The translations under genes and the position numbers were made by a program. Shown in pieces: positions 27,231-41,757 of a stretch of 64,000 nt of DNA. Under the pieces are notes generated by a model. That model was given only the letters and a program-made list of their open reading frames with translations, was not told the DNA's origin and searched no databases. Origin of the DNA: the human T2T-CHM13v2.0 reference genome, Homo sapiens. Every line of letters starts with the position of its first letter. The first letter of the stretch is position 1. Location of the stretch: NCBI RefSeq assembly GCF_009914755.1, contig NC_060937.1; one strand, given 5' to 3'.

Positions 27231-28002
27231 ACTTAACACAAGATCTGCCCTATTAGCAAATGTTCAAGTATACAATACAGCAGTGGTCCCCAACCTGTTT
27301 GGTACCAGGGACTAGTTTCATGGAAGACAATTTTTCCAAAGACGGGGTGGTGCGGGGTATGGTTTTCGGGGTGATTCAAGTGCATTACACTTATGTGCAC
27401 TTTATTTCTGTTATTATTACATTGTAATATATAATGAAACAATTATATAATTTATTATAATGTAGAATCAGTGGAGCCCTGAGCTTGTTTTCCTGCAACT
27501 AGCCAGTCCCATCTGTGGGCAATGGGAGACAGTGACAGATCATCAAGCATTAGATTCTCATAAGGAGCATGCAAGCTAGATCCCTCACATGCACAATTCA
27601 CAAAGGGGTCTCACTCCTACAAGAATCTAATGCCGCTGCTGACCGACAGGAGGCAGAGCTCAGGTGGTAATGCTCATTCACCCACCACTCACCTCCTGCT
27701 GTGCAGCCCTGTTCCTAACAGGCCATGGACTGGTACCAGTCCGTGGCCTGGGGGTTGGGGACCCCTGCAATACAGTATTGTTAACTCTAGGCACTATGCT
27801 CTATGTTAAGTGTTCTTACCACACACACAAATATTAATAATAAAGAGGGTAGAAGGAAACTTTTAGAGATAATGTATATGTTTATGGCATAGATTGTGGT
27901 GATGGTTTCACTGGTATATACTTATCTACAAACTTATCAAGTTGTATACATTAAATATATACAGTTTTCTGTATTATGCATATCTCAACAAGGTTGATTT
28001 CT
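27231..28002 (+). mobile_element. Old L1MA/MB 3' end with an inverted 5' segment, interrupted by MER1A
   Basis: 27231-27805 reads as minus-strand L1 3'UTR; ~27803-28002 is the plus-strand continuation (ttaagtgttcttacc...gattgtggtgatggtttc...gtatacattaaata). Confidence 0.7.
27281..27767 (+). mobile_element. MER1A (hAT-Charlie) DNA transposon
   Basis: TIRs cagtggtccccaacc / ggttggggacccctg; perfect 8-bp TSD caatacag at 27273-27280 and 27768-27775. Confidence 0.95.
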
Positions 28003-28194
28003 AAAATAGAATAAGTAAACCTGAAGACCTATACGGACCTATTTTATATGTCGCTAAAATAATAATTGGGACAGTGAAGAAAGAAAAAAAGATTTTAGGA
28101 TTATCTCTATCAAACTGTATGGAAACACCAGCATCACTCTCTAACCATTGGCTTTCAGAGCTGTGTGAATTCTGAAAAGATATTCTTGTTTACA

Positions 28195-28295
28195 ATGCAC
28201 ATTTTCACAACTGAGGTTACAAACTCAGAGTTGTGACATGTTTAAGGTCACACAGTCAACTTATGGCAAAGCTGGGACTTGAATCGGGTCTACTT
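28195..28295 (-). mobile_element. MIR fragment
   Basis: cattttcacaactgagg...aaggtcacacagtc...ggcaaagctgggacttgaatc. Confidence 0.65.
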
Positions 28296-30467
28296 ATATC
28301 TACATATATTTTCAACTTTTCTGTTCTTCAGGAGCACAGGGCTCAGGCAAAGTTCAACAATGATGATCCAAGACCTCAAATATAAACTTTGCTTTTAAGG
28401 GTAAACAAAACAAAGTTATTTTCAATCAACAAAATTTGATTCTTCCTCTACATCCTTCTTGGTGCCCCACTCTGGTTTTCGTAACTTATCCTCACCAGTA
28501 AAAAAAATTGAAGTATGGAGATATTAAAACTGGTGACTATAGATAAATCTTCAATCAATTTCAAATCATACGTGTGTAGTGTGGCCTCTTATCTTTTATT
28601 GTAATTTCTTTTAGTTTTATTCATTTACGTATTTGTTTAACCTGCACCATATTCCAAAAATCACTTAAAAGGGCATAGAAGTAACCTATCATGGCATGAT
28701 TTTATTGAGTCTCAACATTTGTCAATCAAAAATTAATATGATAATAAGGTAACTGAACTGTTTTCCTTCTTGGTTCCATCTGATGACTTCTGGTGACCCA
28801 TCACTTCTCTGAATACCCAAGATCTGCCCAAGGCAACATGGAAAAGTGAGGTCAGAGTTACTCACATAATGTAATTATCCAATAAATCAAACACAAACTT
28901 CTTGCTTCATTCACGCTGCTTGTATTTTCACAGAACTGACGCAAATAAGAGAATAAAGATTACTCATTGTAAGGTTTACTTCTAGATGCTGTATTTTAGG
29001 TCTTCATTTAACTAACACGGGTTTCCTAAAAGCTTCTCTAAGCAATTGCAAGCCCTTAAAATAACCAGTTCTGTGGAAACTTCTTTGCTTATTCAATCAC
29101 ATGCTTTGGTCATTCAAGCTTTTGGCAGTGAAAATTTGGGATACCAAAGGGAAAAAAATAAGACATGAAATATTCTCTTTTGGCAGGATTTGGTGACTTT
29201 AAAATAAAAAGTCAACATCCCCTCTACTCTAAAGCTTAAAGCTCCACGTTCAGTGGCATCTTTTCAAATGACCTGAATTGTATTCCTCACTTCCCTTGAT
29301 TTATCCCTCAGTTGGCCCCTGCAGAAGAGCATCATTTTTTTTCTCCTGCCCTCTGTCTTCTATATTTCATTTCAGGTGTCTATCGAGGCAACGAAAGATA
29401 AAGCTCTCTGCTTTCCCTTGTACTAAAGTTCTATATGGAATCAGTTCACCTGTCTGTCACTCCTCATTAAATTCTTACCCTCTTCATTCACATCCTGATC
29501 TTTGAAAATGAACATTTGCTTAATAAATGTTCTCAAGACTAACAGTGCAGAGTGAAAATCCCACACAGCAGTAAATTATTAACTCAGTCACAGAGGGAGT
29601 GCCATATATGACTTTTCAGAATGAGTTATTATGTGGATCATCATGTAATTATGAATTTTTCAAGCCATGATAGAGGAAAATTGAATATTTAATATTTTAT
29701 GGACATATTCTACACTGAGGACATCTTTCAAAATTTTATGATAATTTTTAGAGTGAGCAAAGAGCAGAACAAAAGTTACAAAATAATTGCAAACTTGAAT
29801 ATTTAATCACTAGAGACATTGTTGGTTATTTCTCAAATTATATATTGTAACCAAGGCTGTGAACTTTTAATCATAGTGAATTCAAGTGGGGAAAAAAGGG
29901 GCACTAAAATCAATCTATAGATATGTTTTGGTTGTTTAATAAATAAGAACACAGAGCTTAATGATGTCAAATTGAAATCTTGGAGCATAACTATTCATGT
30001 GAGAGAAAATATTGAGTGATTTGTTCTGAATAAGCTATTGTTGAACCAAAAAACATTTTTAATGACCCATTTTTAAATATTCAAAATCAACACCAAGGAA
30101 TAAACACAAAATATCATAAAATTCTTGATTGAAAAGAAAATGGAAAAATAAAGTTGACATTTTTCAAAAAAAGTTTAAAACTGTAAAAACTTTTATAGCT
30201 TTGATAAAAATATTAAAGGAAAAATAAAAGACAATTTTATGTCAAATATTAAACAATTTTTAAATGAATTTTCATATGTAATTCATGCAGACAAATACAT
30301 TCATATGTATAGCATAATATTTAGCACTTCATTTATCATTAATGTTTCAGCTTGGAAAGTAAGAATATTTAGTAATCCCAAATTATTTCCTAATATGTCT
30401 TCCTTGTTGCTGAAGAGAATCATTTGTTTGGTGCTAATACTAATAAACCTTAAGGACACTTAAACCT

Positions 30468-30612
30468 GGAGGTTCTCAGCCCAGGTTGCAAACTGGCATT
30501 GCCTAGTCCTACCCCCAGAGATTCTGAACTGACTGCTGAAATGAGGCTGGGCATTGATATATTTTTAAAGCTTCAGATTATTTTAATTTTCAGTCACAGT
30601 TTAGAATCACTG
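30468..30612. mobile_element. MER5A/B-type MITE
   Basis: ggttctcagccc...cccccagagattctga...gctgggcattg...tttagaatcactg. Confidence 0.7.
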
Positions 30613-31044
30613 CAGCCTATAGAGCTGCCATTCAGCTTCCGAAGGTCAGAACTTCCAATTTCTAAAATCCCCAGAGAATCAGCCTTTTGGGAGCACTGAG
30701 TATATGAGCACTAAAAATACAAAAATGGCTAGAAAATAATCCTAGTCCTTGAATTCCTCACGATGTAAAGAAACACATGCATAAATAACTGCAATTCAGT
30801 GTAATTGCTGCTATTATAAGTGTGTGCACCAGGTGATATAGCAGTGGAGGGGAAAACCAACATTCAAGGTATCAAGATGAATTGTTTTAAATCTGGAATT
30901 TCAGAAAAAATTATACTGTTTCATTTATTCATTTGTACACTTATTTAATTATTTATTCAACAACTATTCAGTGACTACTATTTTCCAAGTATTATCTTAT
31001 TTTCCTTCTCATAAACTATGAAAGGTGATTAGAAATAAGAAGAG

Positions 31045-31160
31045 TGCATCAGTCAGTTATTGCTGTATAAAAAACTACCACCCAATTCAAGTGACTTAAA
31101 ACTACGACTATTTATTTGCTCATGGGTTCCACAGATTGGCAATTTAGACTGAGTTTAGAA
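31045..31160 (-). mobile_element. MLT1 LTR terminal fragment
   Basis: tcagtcagttattgctgtataaaaaactaccacc...gtgacttaaaac...atttatttgctcatg. Confidence 0.6.
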
Positions 31161-31761
31161 GTGTCATGAGAAAAGCAGGTTTGAGTCACAGAATAACCTG
31201 TTAAGATATTTGAAGAAAGTGAGATTTGATAATGATGCCACTGCACTTGCCTGCAAAATTGAATGTTTAATAGAGTGAACTGTGAACTGTTTCTTTAAAA
31301 AAAAAGAAAAAGAAGAAGAAAGAAAGAAAAGAAGAAAAAAAGCAGATTGATACATTGTAGAAATCTTTAGTGGAGAAAGCACTAGAACAGACTATCAGAG
31401 TTGGGACACCAATTTTCTGCTCATTCTATCCACTGTTATTTCCTAACTGTAAATAGAGAAGGGATGAGCTATTCCTCATACCATAAGAGTCTCCCACTAG
31501 AGACCTCTTCCTCACTCACCAGGACAACAATCCAGAAGCAGGGTAAAGAAATCTCATGAACTGATACTAATCTCCAACATATATTAAAGAGAGCGGTGAT
31601 GCAGGAACAGGAACCCCACAAGGTATGGATTCCTACAGTTTCCCCACTCTCCTCTGGAGTCCTGGTACTTCCACAAGTAGACTGGAGATTTGGAGGAGGG
31701 GAGGCTCAGGACTTTGCACTTCAGTGGGTGGATTGGTGAAAACAGCACGCTGAACATTTGA

Positions 31762-32100
<339 letters not shown>

Positions 32101-32189
32101 TAATCAGAATCTAAAGCTATGAAAAGCAATATACCTTAAAATAATCTTAGTGAAGAAAACTTCCAAACATTCTAAAAGAATAAGGTTTG

Positions 32190-32560
32190 CAAAACTGGCA
32201 GGAGCAATGATGTGTCTAATGGGAAGACTAAAAACTGTAAACAGTTCTTTCCAAATCTATTATAGATTTAATGCATTTCTAGTCCCAGTAAGAATTTCTA
32301 GAATGCAAATTTGATGAAACTATTCTGAAATTCATTTGAGAAAGTATTTTTAAAATATTGCTAAAAGAAGCAGAAAAAAAATGTGAATGAGTGACTTTTT
32401 TCTGTTCTTTATTTTACAAACATTTCTGTGATTTTTAAAAGAAATTTATAGTAAAAATTTTAATTTGTGAATATTTGATAAGTAAATATCCAAAATAGTA
32501 CCAAAGTCTTAATATATACAAATCTTGAACTAAAAATAATATATTTCTATTGATGAATTT
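32190..32560 (+). mobile_element. Old L1M ORF2 fragment
   Basis: ggaagactaaaaactgtaa...tatagatttaatgca...tgaaactattctgaaattcatttg. Confidence 0.55.
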
Positions 32561-32594
32561 TGAAAAATTAGATTCTGTCAGTGCTAACCTTGAA

Positions 32595-32900
32595 AGAGGG
32601 ACTGTGCTAGTTTCTGAAGATCCAAAGATAAATAAGATACAGCCTCTGGTCTCAAGAAAGTTCACAATCTTGTGAAAATAGGCAAGTAAATATAAAATTA
32701 TAATATGCTCTTCTCAGTGCTAGGATGGTGATACTCACAGGGTTCTGTGGGTGCATATACGACAAATCTTTAGGGAGACGACACACAGCTGAGACTTAGA
32801 AGAGGGAGAGATAAAGGAGGGGAACACTCACCAATGAGTCTGGAGAAGCAGGCGAGCACCACATCATAAAAGGCCTTTCACATCATGCCAAGGACTGAAT
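32595..32900 (-). mobile_element. L2 fragment
   Basis: actgtgctag...aaataagatacagcctctggtctcaagaaagttcacaatct...aggcctttcacatcatgccaagga. Confidence 0.6.
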
Positions 32901-34094
32901 CCTCTCTGCACTTAGGCATCAGGTATTGACTGAGGAGGCTGCCAACCCATCAGACTCCCTAATCCTTAATAGCTCTGTGCCTGGAATTACTGCCTACCTC
33001 TAATAGAGAAGTGCACAGGTTGTCATTCCTCAAGTGTACTTTCATCAGAACAGGTAGAGTTTGATCCAAAATAACACTTAGAACTTAGGGCATCAATCAT
33101 ATTGTTTATTTTAAAAATTTAATATTTACTGGTAAAATCTTATTTTATAAAATAAAAATGCTGACTTGTTAAGATTTCTTTTTACCACCCAGTCATCAAC
33201 TTGAAGACATCTAATGACTACCAAGCAAACTGAACTGAGAAAGTGCCATAAGATGTTGGAATACTGAAAGCACTTCAAGGATCACTTTTGGGCTGGCACT
33301 CTAAAAATCCCCTTTCTCCTTTTGCCCAGGCATGAAGCATTTCAACCAGATATGCATAACTGCAGCAAAGCTGACCTGTACATTGCAAGAAAAAGATATC
33401 CATGGCATCTGAAATGTCTGTGTTCTTTCTCAGCAGGAATGGCCAACTTATGGTGAGCAGAGTAGTTCTTTTTCAGTGTAATGACGTAAGATCACCAGAG
33501 TTTACAGGAAGAAAAGAATGGGAGAAAGGGTTAAGTGTTATAGAACTAAGGGTGCCAATGATGACAGGAAAGGAACCAAAACAGCAAAGGAAAGAATGCT
33601 GCAGGTAGCTGAACTCCAATCCCCCATGAGACTTAAAGCCAACAGGCATGGCCCACGTGGGTGTAATGGTCAGGACTGGCTCAGAGACCAGCCAAATAAA
33701 ACATCAAGATACAAAAGTAGATCTTCCTATTCCAGTGAAAGGGGTCTCTCTGTCAGGCAAGCGTCACACTGATTAACCTGTACTCCCAAATCATGCCCTC
33801 TAACTATGTTTTTGAGGAACATTCAGTGTCCCTAAGGTCAATAAAGAGTCTGTCTCCTTTAAAGCTACTACTTTTTGATATTTGGAGTAAAAATAGATTT
33901 ACTAAAACTTGGCTAAAGTCAAGAAGACCTGGGAAATTATTGCTCTTGTTACAGCTGCTGGTAGCATTTGATAGTCATTGCCAGCACTAGAAGCAGACCC
34001 ATCTTTCCCTTCACTTTGCAGACTCAGCCTGAACTCTTGATAGTATGCACCTGTAAGCTATTTCAGAAAGTATTATCTAGTTCTTCTCTTGGGT

Positions 34095-34545
34095 CCAGCA
34101 ACTCTGCTGGGGATACACAAAATGGACAAAGAAGAGTCCTCACCCTAGTGGAGAATTTAGACAAATAAAAAAGCAACATTGATACATCTTATGACTCTCA
34201 TGCCATAGGGCTATTAACTGGATGGTTAAGGGTATCAAGAAGGAGACCCTCACCCTGTGAGATTGCTGGAGGCTTCCGAGAGGATTGGCTGGGTTTGACA
34301 GGTGAAAAATGGTAGAAAAGCCTTTAAGACAGACCTAATAGCAGTCATGGGAGCAGAGTACATGGCCCATCCAGAGGACTTTAGGCAGGTCAGAATGGTT
34401 GGACTGCAAGGCATGAGAGGGGGTCAGTAAGAAAGGAGAACAGAGAGATAGAGACAAGACCATGAGCCACTTCAAAAAGGCTGAATGATATCCTCAAGTG
34501 CAACATAAACCAAGAAACAGTTTTAGGGAAAGGAGTGATGTGAAC
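34095..34545 (-). mobile_element. L2 fragment
   Basis: gctggggatacacaaaatggacaaag...gtcctcaccctagtggagaatttagac...ttttagggaaaggagtgatgtga. Confidence 0.55.
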
Positions 34546-35040
34546 CTCAAAACCTGTTATTTCAACAAGAATTTGTATCTGAACACTTTGATAAAAACAA
34601 GTTGATCAAATCAATTTTCTGACTAATTTTTGGAATTCACTGAGCCCACTTTGGCAAAGATATTCCAAATTCTTTGTCTTTCATCCCATCTCAGATCCTC
34701 TGAACCTCATTCTTTACTTTTTTAAAGCAGTGTGCTTTTCAAAGACATTAGCATATTAGTCAAGCCCTGGCTTGGGAAGTTGAGCAGCATTCATTCTGTA
34801 TTGGCTGACCTCAGAGTGCTGGGTCTTCAACCTGAGGCTTTTTACCCTCTTCTGTGCAGATTAAAATCATGCAATCCACACCCTATTCTGTCTCATTAAT
34901 TAATTGTGAAACTCACTATCAGAAGGCTTTGGATATTGTGGGACTTGTCTGATTGATGGTGATGGGCATCATGTTGATTTTAATGACAGTCAGTAAATTC
35001 ACAGGGTGAGTCTTCACTCCCCCCTTTTGAATTCAAGGAA

Positions 35041-35521
35041 CTATAAAATAAAAATTGCACTGTACACTTGCTAAAAATAGCAAGGGAGACTTTATTCAAG
35101 ACTACTGCAATGGGGAGAGAAGTTAAACTCAACTTCACTGAAACAAAAGGCAGGAGTACTTTAACCCTGAGGTAAGCTGACGGAAAAGTACCAGAAGACA
35201 TTAGGAGGAGGGTAGTCAATGTGATTAGGCCATCTGTGTTTGCTAATTGTCCTTTATAGAAGTTAGACTCCTATCCTCCCACAGAGACTAGGAGAGGGGT
35301 GCTATCACCTTCAATGGTTACATTTCAGAGAGATAGATCCCAGCTCAGGGATAAATACATTTCTAGGTTGTAGAAGATTTACATCTCATAAAGGCAGAGA
35401 AAGAATTTACAATTGCAAATTTTCTAAAGTAAAATACTCTAAGAAAAGGGAGGTCAGGGCCCTAGAGTCAAATGGCTAAAGTTGAGTCAAGCTGAGGGGG
35501 ACCTTTTGGCCATCTTGGTCA
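35041..35521 (-). mobile_element. MER31-type ERV1 solo LTR
   Basis: aaaataaaaattgcac...gactttattcaagactactgcaatgggg...ggccatcttggtca (reverse complement begins TGACCAAGATGGCC). Confidence 0.75.
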
Positions 35522-36094
35522 AAGTGCACTTTATATCTTATGAGCAGTGTTATGCTAGAAGCAGGATATTCAGAAAGGATTACTGCATTTCTTAGGTGAG
35601 TAAAAAGATTCAGCCTCTCAGACTCCACAGTTATAACACTGTGTGAGCTATGTTATACTTGCCAAGTCTTGTATTGCCCCACGTGCTTTTTGCTTAAAAA
35701 GTATCTAACTCCTATGCTAGTTTCACCTATGATATCTCTGGGAGTACAAAAAGCTGAGAAGCAAAGGTGATATTGGCTGATGTGCATATTGACAGATTAT
35801 CACCTTTTAAAAGGAGAGTGGCCATTTACTTTTGTGTCAGCAAACACAAGCCATCTTGCCTACAAAGCTTATTAAACCATGTATGCAAAATGTCTTCAAA
35901 TCACCTAAAATCAGCTTATTCCACTTCCTCTTTTAATGTTTATTCATTACCCCATTTAGTAAACATTTATGTGCCAGGTCTTGTGGTAGGCAATAGATGA
36001 AGCACGTACTGTCTTCTAAAACAGACATAAACTGGACACTCTACTTGTAGAAACCAGAAACTTCCAGTCACCATAGCTAGCATGATATTACTAT

Positions 36095-36345
36095 GATAAT
36101 AATAAATATTTACTAAGTATTTCTAACAAGCCCTCTGCCAAGTACTTTCCATCATTTATATAATCTACTGTTCATAATTGCCTGATGAGTTCAGTACTTT
36201 TATTATCAGATCGCTGCTTTACAGATGAGAAATCTGAGTCTTAGAGTCATTAAATGAATTACCCGAGGTTAAGTGGCTATGAACAGTAGAACGGGAACTT
36301 GAAACCAGGTTTGTGTGACCTTAAGCCCTTGCTCCTAATAATTTT
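36095..36345 (-). mobile_element. MIR SINE
   Basis: ttacagatgagaaatctgagtcttagag...cccgaggttaagtggct...ggaacttgaaaccaggtttg. Confidence 0.8.
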
Positions 36346-37189
36346 ATTATGTTCCCTGCTGAATGCTACAAAGAGCATTGTATACCTCTTTCATTTATTT
36401 GGTGTAAATTCAGCGTGTATGTATTATACACCATAGAATTTAGAATCTGTATTGTTAGTGGAAATCCCCTTGTTGAGAGATAGAGAAGGCAAGAGATGAC
36501 CTCTAAGAAAGGATGACAGTAGCACATGAAGCTGATACTAAAAACTCACAGTGCTCCCAGAGTACAAGCAGGGAACATGATTTGGTGAAACAAACATTTA
36601 CGAAGCATTCACTCTGCCAGGCTTGTGGTGCTACATACCAAGGTGAGAGAGAGTCGTGCATCAGATAAGTTCTCTGTCCTGGAGAAGGCCACATTCTTTG
36701 GCACCACATGTCCTCAACCTCAGACCATATTCACAATTTTTGCTACACCCACATATCACATGCACTATTATTTGTTTAATATTTATCTTCAGATAGACCC
36801 ACTTCGTGGCATCACAGTGAATGGAGGAAAAGACACAGAAGTAATTACTGGCAATAACTAGAATAAATATAACATCATCACAATGTTATATTTCATCTGT
36901 GCACTAGCTAAGTTCATCTCAAGTGCCAGCTTGGGAAGGAATATTTGCCTTCAATTTTCTCCTGGTTTCCTCTTTCCCATCTAACTGTAGGCATCATTCC
37001 ACAGCTTTCAGGCCCAGCTCTCACTCTGTGAGAATGCTCTAGGCCTTTGTTACTCTCCTTCATTTCTACTCTTCCTGCCACCCATTGTACACATCAATGA
37101 GTGTTCAAATTCCATTTCCTCATGGCCTACATGGGTGGCTTACTGAGTAGTCTGATAAAATAACTCTCCTTGGAGAGTGCTCATAGAGT

Positions 37190-37425
37190 AACAGCTATCA
37201 ATAATAGGAAATGTGCAACGAGCCAGGTATTGGACCATAGATCACTATCTTATTTAATCTTCACAACAGTCCAGTGAGGAAGATACTATTATTATCCCCT
37301 TTTTACAGGTGAAGAGACTGAGGCTGGCATTGTGACTATGTAAAAGTTTACCCAATTTGCTTAGGATGCCACAGCCAGTAATTTACAGACCTGTCCACCT
37401 TTCAAGTCTACATGCTCTTAAACCG
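37190..37425 (-). mobile_element. MIR SINE
   Basis: tttaatcttcacaacagtccagtgagg...attatccccttttt.acaggtgaagagactgaggct. Confidence 0.8.
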
Positions 37426-37559
37426 AAAATTGGTCAACTTATCTGTACCACAATGAATGGAAGGTGTATATTCAGACCTATGCTATATCTCGCAGAAGAT
37501 ATAACATAGCTCACTCCTCATCTCACTCCCCCACCCACAACTACTGCCCTTCTCTGAAG

Positions 37560-38445
37560 TTCATCTGTCACACATTGCCATAGTTGTCCTTCTAAACCAC
37601 AAACAACCCCCTCCCTCCTTCTCTCTCTCTTAATCTCACCCCATTTTTGTCTTTATCTCTCTTTCTCATTCCCTCATATAAGCACACACACTCAAAGACC
37701 TCCAATGGCTGGCTTCCCATTGCCTACAGGATACAGGACAAAGTTCAAACATCTTACAGCCTTCAAAGCTCTTCACAATCTGGTCACAACCTGACTTCCC
37801 TGCACCCTTTCTCTCTCAACTCACAGCCATGTTAGTTGCCCTTCACCCATCTCCCAAAAGGTCATACTTCCCCCATGGCTCTGGAAAAAGGCAGCCGTGA
37901 ATGCTGCAGGGTCAAAATAAGAGCACCGGCTAGGGAGTATATAGCCCTATGTTTGAATTCCAACACTGGGCAGGTTAGTTAACCGCTGGGGACCTTCTCT
38001 GTGTTCTGACACTTAAGGCACTGACAATGCTCCTCCCATGTAAGAATTGGACTGGATCATGGGTCTAAAGCACTTCACACAGGGCCTGGCCCTTCGCACA
38101 ACAATTGGCATCTAGCAAGGATTCAAATACATATTGTCATTGCTCCCTCAAAAATTAACTGGAATTGTTTTTTTCTTCCCATCTGGATAAATGTTTATCC
38201 ATTCTTCAAGCTCAAAAAGTATCTTCTCTCTGAAGCCTTCTCCAATCTGTTTGGGCAATATTAATCCTTCCTCTCTATTTCCCTACCACTCAGCACCGGC
38301 CTCAACTATAACACTCAAAGTTGGATTTTAATTGTGTGTCACTTTTTTTCTTTCTACCATTAGACCATGATCTCTTCAAGAGCTTTTATATCTATCAAGT
38401 GCAATACTCAGCATATGGTAAGCTGATAAATGTTTGTTGAATAAC
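37560..38445 (+). mobile_element. L2 3' region split by a MIR (~37900-38140)
   Basis: ctcaaagacctccaatggctggcttcccattgcctacagg; ctctgaagccttctcc; ends gcatatggtaagctgataaatgtttgttgaat. The internal MIR has tttgaattcc...gggcaggttagttaacc. Confidence 0.7.
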
Positions 38446-40334
38446 CTAACTTGTTCCTCCACTCTCCCAGACGTTATTTGCATTTCAGTAATGTTGCAGA
38501 ATTAGACTGGAACTTTAGGCACTGAAGCTGGAGCAATGGGGTGTGTGTAGAAGGTGAGCTCTTGCTTCGAAATCCCCAAACGCTTACATCCATTCCCTAT
38601 GTATAAAGCCATTTTTGTTCCAGAATCACTGTCTGCAAATTATATTGGTCTTCCCTTAGAAGCATGAGGGAATTTTTGTGATAGGAAAAGATAATGCTTA
38701 CAAAACTTTTTCATTGTAAACGTTGACTACTTATGAACTCTTACAGGAAAGGGACCCTCTGGATGCTGGCACACGGGAGAAGCCATCCCCGCCTCCAATT
38801 TATAATAAACGAATGTTGGAGTAAATCTCTTCATTAACTAAATGGAGAAAGGAATTTATACTCCAAAGTAATCACTCATCTCTTCAGCACAAAAACCCCA
38901 AAGATTCCACTTCCTGAACATTCTTTCTAATGGGACAGACCTTTGCTGACCGGCTGGGCACAGGCATGACTTCAGCAGGTAAACTCCATGGAGCTCGAAG
39001 CCCAAAGCAAACACACAGCAACACTGCCTGGAAGCCAGTGGGTGGCCTTGGCTGGTGAAAGCCCGTCCTTCAAGCAACTGAGGCAGGAGCCCATTAAAGG
39101 TGTTAATTTTACATGATGTGGCACGGCAAGTTTATAAATAAATAACAAATGAACATTCCCCACGGTTCCTCTCCTCTGAGTTTCTGTGTACCTGCTGCAG
39201 GCCTGGCAACAGCAGGAGCCACTCAGATGCCAGATCCGGAATTGCCCTTCAAAAAGTGAAGAAGGAGGCCTTTCTGTCACCAGGACTTGATAAGTTTTGA
39301 TGCTTTCATTGCTGGATCCAGCCACCTTTGAAAGCTAGCTACTAATTCATCCTCTGTGGTTGGATGTGCTCAATTTAAGATTATTATCGTAAGCTACAAG
39401 AACAAAACACAGATGTTAGAGTTTCAGAAAAATGTACTGTTGGGGACCATTAGTAAAAAATACTGTTTAAAATATATAACATATGTAACTATTAAATACA
39501 TAAAAATCCTGTGTACCATGAGGCAAAACATGATGAACATTGTTGAATATTTTAAATACCTATATTGCTGCATAAAATGGTTCTGTGCAGTAGAATTTTC
39601 TATTGCGGGAGATTTATGAAATTTTGTCAAAGTGGTAGATCATGCTAAAGTCAGGGGAAATACTAGCACACTTTAGGTTGCTTCCTATTTTTAATTAAGT
39701 TTGAAACTGCATCTTTGCACTTGTGAGTGTGCATATAAATATATGTAAGTGCAGATGTGATGAACAATAATGCTGATCTATGCAGACATTCAAATTCACA
39801 CACAAAATGGCCCACTCCCACTGCAGAGAATATTACTTAATTGAGGCTAGGTCTGTGTAATTATAATGAACTAGATGTAGAACGGCAAAACTCAACCAGT
39901 ATGGTTCACCCTCATTTATTTTAACAGCATAAGAGGAAAGAATTGAGCAAGCTCTTTTGTGTCCTGACCTGGATTTCCAACACGGAGATGAATCACGACA
40001 ATCAACTGTTATGGTGCTTGTCATGTTGACCCATGTCAACAAAGGTGGAGACCGATTGAGCTTGGGTAGGTTGGCTGAAGTCCATCTAATTCTTATTCCA
40101 AGGGACTAAGACAGGGAAATGGGCTCAAAGGTACCCTTGAGAACAAACTGGGGCCCAAGTTACTCAAGAGTCCAAAATACTAGGCAAGTATTAACAAAGG
40201 TGGACAACCAAGGGCAAATGATAAGGTCAGGTACACAGCAATGAAAGTCTACATAAAGGAAGGTGGAGCAAAAAGAAGCAAAAAGAATGCAAGCAGTGGG
40301 CTCTCTGAACACAATTTGAGTTCTTTTTCTCCAA

Positions 40335-40565
40335 AAGCTGCTCCCCGTCCACCCGGATCAACCTCTCCTTCGAATTTCCACAGCACCTGGAGTTCATATC
40401 ATATCATCTAGCATGTAATCATGTACATGTATGTCTTTGTTTTCATCCTAACTCAGTTTAATTGTTTAGAGATCAGTAACTATATCTCACATATCTGTGT
40501 TTTCTCCAGGGTCTAGCACAGCTTTATGTACATTAAATTTTCAGTAATTGCTCATTGGTTGAGCT
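40335..40565 (+). mobile_element. L2 3' fragment
   Basis: tatctgtgttttctccagggtctagcacagc...cagtaattgctcattggttga. Confidence 0.55.
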
Positions 40566-41313
40566 CAAAGTGATTTTTGGCCTCAAGCAAGGATTGATAA
40601 CAAGCTCCATCCATTTTTCCTCCAACATGTCGAGTCTACATATCTGTTCCAATGTTCCTACAAAGCATATAAACATATACTCTAAAACATACGAGGGTAC
40701 GTTTCTGTTTATTCTACACTTGTTTCTGTAACTTTTTAATACAACCATACATGCAGAACCAACTAATTCTTCTGGTAACTACATAAAATTCTATGGTATG
40801 GCTCCATCACAATTTAATCATAGGCATACCTCATTTGGTTGTGTTTTGCTTTATTGTGCTTTATTGTACAGATAATGCATTTTTTAAAATAAATTGAATG
40901 TTTGTTGCAACTATGTGTCAAGCAAGTTTATCGGTACCATTTTTCCAACAGCATGTGCTCACGTCGTATCTCTGTGTTACATTTTCGTAATCCTCACACT
41001 GTCAAACTTTTTCATTATGATCTTATTTGTTATAGTGATTTGTGATTGGTGATCCTTGATGTTATTATTGTACTTACTTTGAGGTGCCATGAATTGTGCC
41101 CATACAAGACAGCAAACCTAATTGATAAACATTGTGTGTGATCTGACTGCTCCACCTACCGGCCATCCCCCCATCTCTCTCCCTCTCTTCAGGCTTTCCT
41201 ATTCCAAGACACAACAATATTAAATTAGGACAATTAATAACCCTTCAATGGTCTCTAGGTGTTTATTCAAGCGAAAGAAAAAGTCGCACATCTCTCACTT
41301 GAAATCAAAGCTA

Positions 41314-41757
<444 letters not shown>

